Both the position numbers and the translations under genes were made by a program. A stretch of DNA of 64,000 nt from Eledone cirrhosa (lineage: Eukaryota): NCBI GenBank assembly GCA_964016885.1, contig OZ024752.1, positions 49,166,001-49,230,000 of the forward strand, in the 5' to 3' direction. Shown piece by piece: positions 39,531 to 52,329 of the stretch. Each line of letters starts with the position of its first letter. Position 1 is the first letter of the stretch. The notes under the pieces were generated by a model. It was not told the DNA's origin. It searched no databases and was given only the letters and a program-made list of their open reading frames with translations.

Positions 39531-40046
39531 AGTTCAAAATATGTATTATATGTAAATATTAAAATATGAAAGATGTCTTGTTCTTAAATATTGTACATAT
39601 TATCATGACATTGAATTATGCATGACAAACAAAACCTTGAGGAAGAGAATAAACTAAATTTACTAGAGTTTATTTTAACATGATGTAATATCTAATTATC
39701 TGTCACAGTTAAAGAGAATTGAAGCCACAGAATGCTTTGCATAATCTGAGTGACAACTATTTCAATTTATAATGGCTGATTCAATTAACCAGACAATTTT
39801 TCGGGATTTTTTTTTTTATATCAAATATTAATCATTATTTTGAGACTGTGACAATATTTCAACTCACTCAACAAACTTTTATAGATTAGCATCAGGAATT
39901 GCTGTGGGGTTCATAAGTTTATTTCACAATAACATGCTTTTAAGTTTGGTCCCAATGTGTAGTGCCTAAGACAAATATCTACTACACCTTCAGGCTAACT
40001 AATGCCTTCTGAATGCAATTTGGAAAACAGAAATTATGCAGACACC

Positions 40047-40116
<70 letters not shown>

Positions 40117-40182
40117 GTATATATATATATAGTGAAAGAATGAAGAGTAACATGGTTGGCTGTACAACAAGGGGCTTCATTT

Positions 40183-40296
40183 CTATTAGTGGCAATTGTT
40201 TCATTGATCAGGTGAGTCTAGAGGTCGCTAACCGCTTGAAGTTGCGTCACTCGATCTCCATTACATTATTTACATCTGATCAACTCATCAGAATAC
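40183..40296 (-). ncRNA. degenerate hammerhead-like motif with long helix II
   Basis: Minus strand: CTGATGA-GTTGATCAG...CTGATCAAT-GAAAC-AATT-GCC. Confidence 0.45.
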
Positions 40297-40314
40297 GAAG
40301 ATATCTCTATATAT

Positions 40315-40540
40315 ATCATCACCATTTTACGTCCATTCTTCCACGCTAGCATGGGTTAGACAAGTTGTCCTGTTGTGGGCAATGCCAGGTCAGGTGACCA
40401 TGTCTTGCCCACACAGAACTGATTATGGCTTGATTTCTACAGCTGGATGCCATTCCTAATATGAACCTCATTTACAGTGAGAACTGGGTGCTTTTTACCA
40501 TGGCACCTACACGACCACTTTACAGTGTGGACTGGGTGCT
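40315..40540 (-). mobile_element. SINE tail module (RTE-derived)
   Basis: CATTTTACGTCCATTCTTCCACGCTAGC...TTTCTACAGCTGGATGCCATTCCTAA. Confidence 0.7.
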
Positions 40541-40557
40541 TATATATATATATATAT

Positions 40558-40745
40558 AGTAATAATAATTACGAAGACTAAAATCCGAAGAGGGCTCAAT
40601 AAGGATTATATTTATAAAAACATATATAAAACCCATAGAGTAAATATTTATTATTTGTACAGATTAAAGCTTAAGCAAAGAATTTCTGCTTTCACCCTTT
40701 TATGGGATCTTCTGAGAATATCCGTAAAAAGGTAAAAGCACCATT
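40558..40745 (-). mobile_element. family H2 element with CAGAAGA hammerhead-like motif
   Basis: Colinear with 14810-14970; minus strand CAGAAGATCCCATAAAAGGGTGAAAGCAG. Confidence 0.65.
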
Positions 40746-40856
40746 TTTTTTTTCTTTTTAGGCTAGACATTTTGATATTGAAATTTATCTTTCTAAATTT
40801 TCATACCACTTGGTTTAAACAAAATTTCAGAATTTCAAAAGATGACAAATATAACA

Positions 40857-41077
40857 TTAACCCTTTAGCATTTAAAATGGCCGTATCCAGCCAGAATTCT
40901 CTCACCTCTTTCTGTTCAAACCGGCTGTAATTGGCTGCTCATACCTTCATTAAGGTATTATTCTCAAAGTAAATAACATCAAAATCTCATAGATTCGATA
41001 TTATGTGAGGTAATTATGTAAGATAAAGCCTTTACTGTGAAAATACAATAGCAACTATAAAGTAATGCAAATACTTA
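40857..41077 (-). mobile_element. family M MITE (one end degraded)
   Basis: TTAA-CCCTTTAGCATTTAAA plus internal match. Confidence 0.85.
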
Positions 41078-44038
41078 AAAGAAAACTGATTTGAATGATA
41101 TGAAGAAGAAAATGTCAACATTACCAAATAATTTGGAGGTAGTTTAATGTACTTTAATCGAAGTTCAAACCTATTTAAACGTACTTGCTCACTCAGGACT
41201 TCACTTTAGTGTGAAAGTTAAACTGAAGCGTCATAAAACTGACACAAAATGGTTTTTAATTTAATATAATTTATTCTCATTGAACTGAGATATCATTGGC
41301 TCAATTAACATTATTTTTTTAAGTTTCATGTGTGTGTATGTGCATGTGTGTGTGTATGTGCATGTGTGTGTGTGTGTGTACATACAACAGAAGAAATCTA
41401 TATTTCAAAGTTTTTAGAATTATATTTACATTAAATAGCTGTCTTTTATTACATTTGGAAAGACTACCATTTCTTAAGAATGACATCTTTAAAGTCTTTT
41501 TTGAATTATTTTCTCAGAAATTCATTATAGCATGTGGAATTTATTAAGACTATTTCCACAACATAGAAATCTGCAACAATTTCAATTTTTTTTAATATAA
41601 TATTTCAAAATGAACATTTACAGAAAACCAAATAGCTATATTAATTTTGTTGTTCAAGTCATCACTTTGTATTTAAGAATTAAAATAGTTTGCTTTGAAG
41701 TATATTTTTTTTTTCACCGAATATTAATGGAATTAAATGCTCTTTTCAAGAATTCTTAATTGTTTTTTTCTCTCTCCCTATCAAACTATTAATGAGACAA
41801 TACTAAAGAAACATTTGGGTTCTATCAAATACTATTGCTAATCAGTCTCATCAAGAAGAACTGAAAAATTATGCAATTCAATTTTGCAATTATATATCAA
41901 ATTAGGAGCAATAATTCCCTTCAGTGGGATCCTTCATTGAAGGAAAGGTATTGAATAGCTGGATCTCAGATATGAATACAAAGTTATAAAGAAACAAATA
42001 AGTCTGATTTTGCTATCTATAACTGCTGCCAAATTCTAATAAATGTATTTGGAAATGTGACAGAAAAATTTGAAGAATTTTATGAATTCATTTTATTTTA
42101 CATATAACTAATAAATAATTTGGAAATACCTAAAAACAACAAAAAGATGAAGAAATCATACATTAATCTAATAGAGGACTTAAAATTATAGCCAGTGGGT
42201 CAGAGAATGCTATGCAAACATCAAATAAATTATTCTTTGTGCACTTAATGTAAATTATTTTAAATTAATTTGCAGTAGGACTTGACAACTTTCAATAGTC
42301 TGGAAAGATTTCAAATGCTTTATTCTATCATAGCTTACAATCAAAATCTAAGGGGAAAAAATAAGCTCATTGTAAGTTACTGAATAGGTTGGCTATTTAA
42401 TATAGGTCCAAGTGAAAATCAATAAACACAAAGAGCATAGAATTTCAAATGTTTTCTAAATTTCACAATTAGATATTTCTAAACAATTGAAGCTTCTATT
42501 GAAATGCTAGTATATTTACCACATATTGCTATCTTCAGTATAACACAAAACTCATTCTATTCAAATATTTAAGTGTGATCTAATACATCTTGTATATCAT
42601 TGACATATTAAAGCTTGAAATCAGTTTTATCTAGGATAACATTTTAGCTTTTAAAAAGTGTTAACATGAAATGCAGTTGTAAACTAAATCACAATACAAA
42701 TATTCATGTAGAAGTCATTAAACATTTGATTGTGAAAGTTAAAAGCTTTCATTTAAACATATATCTACTTGAATTCTGTTTTCTTTCATTTGCATTGTTT
42801 AATTGGTTTAAAATTAGAGATATATTGTCTACAAATGTAAGCATTTTTTCCTGGGCTATTTTCATTTTATACTTTCAAAAGATAACATTAAAATTGAATG
42901 ATAACATTTTATGCGGCTATTATTGTATGTAAATATTCTGCTTATGAAAAACTCATAATTCTATAAAATATTTAATAGTATTTCTTTGAAGCATTGTTAT
43001 TTTGTTTTCTTTTATATATTTTATATACATATTTAGTGTGACAATCAGTTCAGAAGAAGCTGTTTTTTTTTTATATTTTATTGCTCGGTTAGGTATAATT
43101 TCTAAATTGGTTCACCATATTTGTTTTTAATTTCATTTTATTTATCTTAAATTGATTGATTTATCATATTGGAGTCAACTGCTTAGAAAATATCAGGAAA
43201 TAAAAATGATTTTAAAGTCACAAAATGTTGAACAATACTTGTAATTTTCTGAAATTTGTTTGTTGTTTTTTTAAAATATATTTTTTATATATTTTTAATA
43301 TCGGAAAATAAATTGTTTTGTCATCATTTTAAAGACTTGGCTGACAAGGACATGAAAATGTCTATTTAAATAAACTGTCAATCAGATTTAATAAGAGACA
43401 ATATAGAGAAATATATTTTAATATCTAGCAATATAAAATACTATATAGTACTTATCATCATCATCGCCATTTATATATTTTTATTTTATTTAATAAAAGC
43501 TAAAGTGGTAGTATGGGTGTGTCTTGATTAGTTTTTCAAGATTGTACTTTTAACTATGAGTGTGGTAAACTCCTTTGTTATAAACTATTGAGAAATTTTG
43601 TGCAATTTACTGAAAACCAACAGGGAAATAATAATAAAAATTTCATTTATGTAGTTGAAATACCTTTACTAATAAGTGAAATAAAGATATTATAGAAAAT
43701 ATATCAAGCCTTATCCTCTTTGTTCCCATATTTCTAATGAAATAAATAACCCATATTTCAATTTATTTAGATAACAATGAAGAATTTGAAGGAATATACT
43801 AATATAGCATAATTTGTTTTTATTAATCTAATGTTTGGAATATTACTTTAGGAATATTATGTTAGGAAGTTTTAATTTGTATATAAACATTTTAAAACAA
43901 GCAGTTTTATATATTTTTTTTTAATCTACAGCAAATTCAAATGAGTTGGTATGGAAGGGATTAAGGGATAAAATGAAATGCAGTGTACAAAGTATTAGGG
44001 ATTTATTTTCACATACAAGAATAAAGTAGTTTTGCCAA

Positions 44039-44257
44039 TTAACCCTTTAGCATTTAAACTAGCTGTATTCAGCCAGAATTATTTCACCTTTTACAAACCG
44101 GCCATAACCAGCAGCCCACACCAACGTTAAGATATATCATTCTTAAAATATACAATAACATCATCAAAATCTTGTAGACTTGAGATTAAGTGAGATAAAG
44201 CCTTTACCATGAATTTACAATAGTAAATATAAAGTAATATAAATGCTAAAGGGTTAA
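44039..44257 (-). mobile_element. family M MITE
   Basis: TTAA-flanked TIRs. Confidence 0.9.
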
Positions 44258-45320
44258 GGGTTTTTTTTAACCAGATATTTTAACTGTACTATGTCATCTC
44301 CACAGGTATCTAGTCACTTCACAGATAATTTATCAGTCACTTAGACACTTTTCTAGGCCTCCTAGGTTGGTGGGAGAGAGAACTAAGGTATCTGTTGTCC
44401 AAATACTTGTAATAGTGAGGACTATTAAAGCTACCCAAAGGCCAGGTGACTGTGTTGAACTAGGTGACAAGTGAAGTCTACCACCTATGTAGGCCACAGT
44501 AGGATTAGAACTTAGAATGAAATGAGGTGGAAGAAATATCACAAGACATTATCTGACACTAACAATTCTGCCAATCCATTGCTCAGGACTGGAACCTTAT
44601 TTCATTGAACGTGAAAAGATAAAAAGAAAAATTTATCATGATAGGATTTGAACTTAGGACTACAGAGAGCCAGAAAAATTTCCGCAAGGTATTTTATCCT
44701 ATACTTCAATGACTGTACCAACTTGCTGCCTAAAATGGCAGAAAACAAATGACATTTAAAGTATATAATTTGAAGAGAGGAAATGACAGGTGTTCTGTAG
44801 TATAATTAGCATATAAGTCAACCAGTAAATGATAGATATATAGTTTAGGTTTCATCAATGGATTTGTTGCTCTTCTCTTTCAGATAGGTGCTTACAACGT
44901 CTAAAATCATTTGCATTATCTTAGCTATTAATTTATTATGTATAATAATTGTTTAGACATCTGTTCTTCTACTTGGCTGAGAACTGGATATAAAAGTCAA
45001 GAAGAGTTTAAAGCTATTAAGAGTTACAAACATCACACTTTAATTTGGAAATACTTTGTAAATCATTGTAAACAAAGTCCTTTTAACAATACATGATAGT
45101 TACAGTGTTGCATTATGAATTATAGGGTTGATAAAATAAAGTACCAGTAATACACTAAGATAATTGCTAGCCTTGAGCCAAAAGTAGAAACAATTATGAA
45201 TATTTTTTAAATCAATATTTGTAATTTAGGGGCTTGCCTGTATAAAATGTTATGAAGGTTTTAATAGCTTTTTTGGTTAGGTTATTACTGTAAATCACAT
45301 TTAGTGCTAATACCACTAAA

Positions 45321-45418
45321 AGTAGTAGTAGGTGGTGGTGGTGGTGGTGGTGGTAGTAGTAGGTGGTGGTAGTGGTAGCAGTGGTGGTGGTGGTGGTAGC
45401 GGTAGTAATAGTAGTACT
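45321..45418. repeat. (GGT)n/(AGT)n microsatellite
   Basis: Direct inspection. Confidence 0.9.
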
Positions 45419-45939
45419 GGTGCCACGATAAAATATACCCAGTACACACTGTAAAGTGGTTGGAGTTAGAAACGGTATCTAACCATAGAAACCATGAAAT
45501 GTGTGAGTCAAGACACGATTCCCTGATCAGTCTAGTCTCAGATCATATTGATCTGTTCAATCGATGCAGAGCTAGCAACTCTCATTAGAAATATGTTAAT
45601 AAAAGAGTTAAAGCATATCTAAGTAAAGACCAATTTTTTTTTTTTACTCCTTTGTTTTCAACTTTTGCTTTCTGAAAGTGTGTTTTACCTAAGTAGTTAT
45701 TCTTATATTCTCAATCTAATAAGCATTTGGCAAAGATAGCCAATAGAATATTAGTTCAGTAATGATTAAAAAGGTATTTTATGAAGGTTTCAGAATTATA
45801 TATTAAACATAGGCCAAACTAATTTAATTTAAATGGAAATACTTAAGTAATAGACAACAGAACGTTATATACAAACAACCCAAATAATGAAACACACACA
45901 CACCCACACCTCGTCATTTTCATGCCTATGTTTCCATGC

Positions 45940-45942
45940 TTA

Positions 45943-45982
<40 letters not shown>

Positions 45983-45992
45983 TATATATACA

Positions 45993-46074
<82 letters not shown>

Positions 46075-46350
46075 TATATACACACACACATATATATATA
46101 TTTAATATTATATTATACATATTCACATATACATATATTTTATATATATATATTGAATATTATATTTATTGAATATTATATTTATATATATTCATATATA
46201 TATATATTTTATATATATATATATATATAAGCATGGAAACGTAAGCATGAAAATAATTTCAAATATATATATTTTATATATATATATATATTTGATATTA
46301 TTTGATATTATATATATATATATTTAATATATATTATATACACATATATT
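45940..46350. repeat. (TA)n compound microsatellite
   Basis: Direct inspection. Confidence 0.95.
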
Positions 46351-46587
46351 GAATCATTATAATTAAACAAAATTTATCAATTTACAAATATTTACTAGCT
46401 TTTAAACAGAATTATTAAAATACATTCTTTTGTAGCTAGGCATATGGGAATATGAATAATGCTGACATTCATTTAAAATTGATCACTATGATTTTAAATC
46501 TATTACTTGCAGTTTAAACTTACATGTAATATGAAAGGAAATTAGTTAGATTTATTAAGCAGTTTATAATAAAAGTTATTCACCGTG

Positions 46588-46593
46588 TATATA

Positions 46594-46640
<47 letters not shown>

Positions 46641-46707
46641 ATGATGATTATATATATATATGTAATTATATATATACGTATATATATTTACATATATGTA
46701 TATATAC

Positions 46708-46746
<39 letters not shown>

Positions 46747-46955
46747 CGTATATATATACGTATATATATATATATATATACGTATATATATACGTATATA
46801 TATATATATACATATATATATATACGTATATATATATACATATATATATATACGTATATATATACGTATATATATATATATATATATACGTATATATATA
46901 TATATATACGTATATATATATATACGTATATACGTATATATATATATATATATAC

Positions 46956-46991
<36 letters not shown>

Positions 46992-47003
46992 GTATATATA
47001 TAC

Positions 47004-47041
<38 letters not shown>

Positions 47042-47089
47042 GTATATATATATATATATATACGTACATATATATACGTATATATATGT

Positions 47090-47123
<34 letters not shown>

Positions 47124-47148
47124 ACATATGTTTATGTGTATATATATA
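46588..47148. repeat. (TA)n tract punctuated by TACGTA units
   Basis: Direct inspection. Confidence 0.95.
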
Positions 47149-48069
47149 TTGTCTTTAAAATAACAATGTATCATATTTGTTAGCAATTACAATATAAATT
47201 ATATAAATTTAAAAAAAAATTAAATAAGCAAAAATATTTATTTTGTTTTCCCTACCTTAATTATATCTCTGGAAATGATTTGATATAAGAGATAAAATAT
47301 CCATCTGCTATTTCAATCAAGACTTCGAAATAAGAAATTCTTATATTTCTACTTATAAGAGTTGATTAAAAGATTCTTTTTATATATTTTTACAAATATT
47401 ACTTGCTTTGTTTTGTTTTGTTCCTTTCTTGACAATTTGCTCATTAGGTTTGTCAAATAACATTTTCTGACAGTTAATAGAATTTTTATATCTTCCTCAT
47501 CCTAGTTATATAGATTTGCCTGGTAATATGACTTGAGAGACTTTACACTTCTCTCCCTCTGATATTTTATTTATAAAGTGAAATAGGAGCATTTTATTTT
47601 CCTACCAAAGTAAATAGCTTTATATATATAAAATTTCATGGCACATATTTTAATTAAATTCTATTTGCAGAAGAAATTATAAACTTTCTGAGACGCTACA
47701 TTAAAAGGATATTAAAAGACTAGTTGCCAGATGCCAAAATCCCAAACAAGTTGTCTGTTACACAGATATATAAAGATTCACATTCACTTATTTACTTAAT
47801 GTCAGTAAAATAAAATTAGCTCAAACTCCTCTGAAACAACTAGCTCAATAATAAACCAAGATTTAGGTACAAGATAGGTTTGACAATTGTTTTAGTTAGT
47901 TCTTAATATAAAATAATTAAGAAATAGCATTAAGATATATTGAAATAGGCACAAGCTGTGTAGATAAGAAGTTTGCTTTGTAGCCATGTGATTTCTGGTT
48001 TATTTCTACTGTACAGCACCTTGAGCAAGTGTTTTCTACCATAGCTTTGCATTGATCAATACCCTTATT

Positions 48070-48340
48070 CTTTGCCCACTTATTCCTGAGAGGATCGTGG
48101 AGTCAAAGTCCTCAAACATTCCTTCCAGTGGGTCCTGTCAGAAGCAACCATGTCTAACTGATACAGGTGGATTCCCAAGTGAGACCAGCCAAGCTCATGG
48201 ATGTTATCCAACCATCTTGCTCAAGATATACCTCTGGGTCTCCTGTTGGTTCGTTTTGCTCATAAAATCTGTCCAGCGATTCTTTCCTGATACATTCTAA
48301 CCACATGCCCATAGTATCAGAGCTGTGATCTCTCAATTTG
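48070..48340 (-). mobile_element. RTE-type LINE 3' end between old SINE pieces (47947-48060, 48425-48637)
   Basis: Minus frame resembles LRYYGHVVRM..ERIARQIL...RPRG...RWLDNIHELGW...QLDMVASDRTHW. Confidence 0.75.
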
Positions 48341-48674
48341 GAATAGCGGCTCTACCTAGAGTGACTCTCTGATCTCCAAGCTACACACTTTATCGAGTAA
48401 CGTTACTCCAAAGACACTTGGGGGGGGATAGATGGAAACTGTGTGGAAGCCCGTTATATGTGTGTGTGTGCATTTACTGTTTATTTGTTAAGCCACAAAG
48501 TTTTAGGACATACACAGAGATCATTAAATAAGTACCATGTTTCAAAAATAAAAAGTACTGGGGTTGATGTGATTTACTAAATCCTTTCAATGCCACACCC
48601 CAGCATGGCTGCATTGTAATAACTGAGACCAGTAAACAAATTAGTTAGTATCAGAAGAATTTAGATAATTTACA

Positions 48675-49200
48675 TAAAATGCACCCAATAGTCTCTGAAA
48701 TGGTATTAATGGTGCCACAATAAAATGCACCCAGTACACCCTGAAATGGTAGTGCTGGTGTCACAATAAAATGCACCTAGTACACTCTAAAATGGTAGTG
48801 CTGGTGTCACAATAAAATGCACCCAGTACACCCTGAAATGGTAGTGCTGGTGTCACAATAAAATGCACCCAGTACACTCTAAAATGATAGTGCTGGTGTC
48901 ACAATAAAATGCACCCAGTACACCCTGAAATGGTAGTGCTGGTGTCACAATAAAATGCACCCAGTACACTCTAAAATGGTAGTGCTGGTGTCACAATAAA
49001 ATGCACCCAGTACACCCTGAAATGGTAGTGCTGGTGCCACAATAAAATGCACCCAGTACACCCTGAAATGGTAGTGCTGGTGTCACAATAAAATGCACCC
49101 AGTACACTCTAAAATGGTAGTGCTGGTGCCTCAATAAAATGCACCCAGTACACACTGTAATGTGGTTGATAATAGGAAGGGTCTCCAGTCACAAAAACCA
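48675..49200. repeat. 46-bp tandem array, about 10 copies, derived from the SINE/RTE body motif
   Basis: Unit GGTGTCACAATAAAATGCACCCAGTACACYCTRAAATGGTAGTGCT; last unit continues into GTGGTTG..AGGAAGGG. Confidence 0.95.
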
Positions 49201-49289
49201 TATGTAAAAGTCAAAATGTAGTTTCTGCAGACAGTCTATTCTCAGACCACCGTAATGACCAACCATATTATAGATGAAAGTGCTTCACA

Positions 49290-49730
49290 TTAACCCTTTA
49301 GCATTTACATTACTCTCTATATACTATGGTATTTTCATGGTAAAGGCTTTATCTTACATAATTATCTCACATAATATTAAATCTATGAGATTTTGGTATT
49401 ATTTATTTTGAGAACAATAGCTTAACCCTTTAGCATTCACATTACTCTATATTTACTTTTAGATTTTCATGGTAAATGCTTTATCGCACATAATTATCTA
49501 ACATAATATCGAATCTATGAGATTTTGAAAGTATTTATTTTGAGAACAATACCTTAACATCAGTTTGAGTGACCAGTTACAGCCAGTTTCAATAGAAAAA
49601 AGGTAGAGAATTCTGGCCGGTTTGAACATTAAAGTGTTAATATTGGTATGAGTGGACAGTTATGGCCAGTTTGAGAAAGGGGTGAGAAAATTCTGGCCAG
49701 ATACGGCTGGTTTAAAAGCTAAAGGGTCAA
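49290..49730 (+). mobile_element. family M MITE nested in another family M MITE
   Basis: Inner copy about 49422-49640 sits at the internal TTAA of the outer copy. Confidence 0.9.
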
Positions 49731-50816
49731 GAAGAGCATACAGCTGTAGAAACCATGCCAAAACTGGGAAATATGTAAATGATGTGAGCCCCTTGACTCT
49801 CTTAAGTACCGACATGGTCTGTAATTAATTTGCCCAACTCGTGGACATAAAAGGATGCTGATTTAATGATTTTTTTTTAGAAAATCACTTTTAACTAATG
49901 TCAAAGTTTGTAACCTTGAATGTTATTAACTGGAACTAATGTTACAACTCTTAACTGACCCTTCGACCTATAACCGGAACTTAAAATCAGTTGTATAATG
50001 AATAGGATTTTCTGAAAAGATCTATCTACCATCCAATGTTTAGTTTATCCAATAAGGATGAGAAGAAAATGTTGAAAAAGTTTTTAACTCTCAAGATGAA
50101 TTTCAAACATATAAATGGAAAATATATGGAATTAGTTTTATTCTTTTGACAAAAGCCAAATCAACAAATTTCTATAAAAGTATGTATAATAATTTAACAG
50201 GAACAGGATTGGATTTATTCAGTAGATTTTAAGTATTGAAATTTAGATATCTGATTTGTCTATCTATATTCAATAACTATTTAAGAGTATGTATAAGTAA
50301 CCTATGTTAAATTATACTTTTTTTTTTTCTTTAAATGGATGTCTAATGATTCCAGCATTGCCATTAGCTTAAATAAATGTTCTAGTTTGTCTGAAAGGAG
50401 ATTACAATTTAAGAAAAATATTCCCAAGCACTAAAATAAAGAAAGAGAAAGAAAGCAGCAGTTTTGCCTCTCTTGTACGATGTTACAGCAGGAAGCTTAA
50501 TGAACAGCCTTGTCTGGAATCAAACTGCCATACAATCCCAGAATAATTTTATGTTTATTGAAGAATCATATTCATGAACTAAAATTATATTTTTTAAAAA
50601 TTGAAAAATAATAAAAACAAAACAAAACAAAACAAAACAAACAAAAAACATTTAAGCAATTTATGACTAAGCAAAAGTTTTACTTTTTATAAAATGTGCG
50701 CAATAATTGAAAATATCCAAAACTGGAAGTTGTATTGTTAGAGGTCTAACTGGATGGAGTGGAAAAACATTACACTTGAACATATCTCTCTTTCTCTCTG
50801 TGCATATATATATATT

Positions 50817-50847
<31 letters not shown>

Positions 50848-51115
50848 GTGTTGAACAAATGAGCAACGATGGTTGCTAGACACTGTACGGCTTAATTCGG
50901 GATGTTTGTTTACAAACACACCGAGCATTATAATAAATATTCGGTGAATCCATACGTACATATATATATGTGTGCTTGTATGTATATATGTATATATACA
51001 TACTACTGTACGTCTGTATACGTATATGTATGTACGTATACATACTTATATATACACATACATACATATATTTGTATGTATATATATTATGTATGTGTTT
51101 GTGTGTATATATATA

Positions 51116-51162
<47 letters not shown>

Positions 51163-51166
51163 TATA

Positions 51167-51320
51167 AACATGGGCGGAGGTGGTGAGAGCAGACCTCAGA
51201 TCACTGAAGCTCACGGAGATGATGAAGGACCGTCACAAGTAGAGAGATGCTGTGCTGAATAGGACCCGTCCCACTTTTGCAAGCAGGGAAAAGCGGATGT
51301 AAAATGATGATGATGATGAT
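51167..51320 (+). mobile_element. RTE/RTEX LINE extreme 3' end in (TA)n
   Basis: TWAEVVRADLRSLKLTEMMKDRHK*RDAVLNRTRPT, then GCAAGCAGGGAAAAGCGGATGTAAAA(TGA)n. Confidence 0.8.
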
Positions 51321-51369
51321 TATATATATATATATATATGTATGTATATATATAGGGATTCTGGGTGGA

Positions 51370-51440
51370 TTTGCAACTGACAGATAGTATTAGCAATTGC
51401 AAAGACCAACGAAAACATTGTTTCCTCAGTTCGATTTGAC
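51370..51440 (+). mobile_element. isolated SINE tail module (same as tail of 62281-62497)
   Basis: AGATAGTATTAGCAATTGCAAAGACCAACGAAAACATTGTTTCCTCAGTTCGATTTGAC. Confidence 0.6.
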
Positions 51441-51592
51441 AAGCTCCACTCCACTCCACTCGTTAAGCGAATGAGGTCAGGGATCTTGTCGATCAATTGT
51501 TAAATATCGGGAGAGAGGGTGTTGAAAAAATAAATAATTGGTTGTATTTTTAGAATAAATGTAGTTTATTAATCTTTAGAAATATATAGCCT

Positions 51593-51930
51593 AAATGTTT
51601 CCCTCTCTAGACAAACGTTTGCCTCTCTAGATAAACCTTTGCCTCTCAAGATAAATGTTTGCCTCTCTAGACAAACGTTTGCCTCTCTAGGTAAACCTTT
51701 GCCTCTCAACACAAATGTTAGTCTCTCAAGATAACCCTTTGCCTCTCAAGATAAACGTTTGCCTCTCTAGACAAACGTTTGCCTCTCAAGATAAATGTTT
51801 GGTTCTCTAGACAAACGTTTGCCTCTCTAGATAAACCTTTGCCTCTCAAGATAAATGTTTGCCTCTCTAGACAAATGTTAGCCTCTCTAGACAAATGTTA
51901 GCCTCTCAAGATAACCCTTTGCCTCTAGAT
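51593..51930. repeat. 20-bp minisatellite, about 16 copies
   Basis: Unit GCCTCTCTAGACAAACGTTT and variants. Confidence 0.95.
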
Positions 51931-52025
51931 AATACATTTAGAAAGACATACTGATCATATTTCAGAAAACTTTTTTTGAAATATTTCAAAATTAATCAGT
52001 AAACTATATTCATTATTGATTTGTG

Positions 52026-52208
52026 TTGGCAGTATCAGTAGAGGGTCAGACGCCATGCTTAGCATCATAGTGTTACGGCCCTTTACGGTCCAAGTTCAAA
52101 TCCCACCGAGGTTAACTTTGCCTTTTATCCTTTTGGGGTCGATAAAATAAAGTACCAGCAATACACTGGGGTAATTGTGGGCCTTGTGCCAAAAGCAGAA
52201 ACAATTAT
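52026..52208 (+). mobile_element. family B SINE
   Basis: Match to family. Confidence 0.9.
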
Positions 52209-52329
52209 TGATTAACTAATATCATGTGTATCTGAATCTTTAGAATAAGTTCACTATACCCCATATATGTTATGAAAGGGCACTAAATGGTGGTATGGCT
52301 AGTGCAATATATACCCAAATATACTGTAT

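Noticed and set aside
46542-47186. Long ORFs rich in YIYI/CVCV (also 27702-28426, 45843-46172, 50876-51262)
   Set aside because: Translations of TA/CA microsatellites that lack stop codons; not genes.
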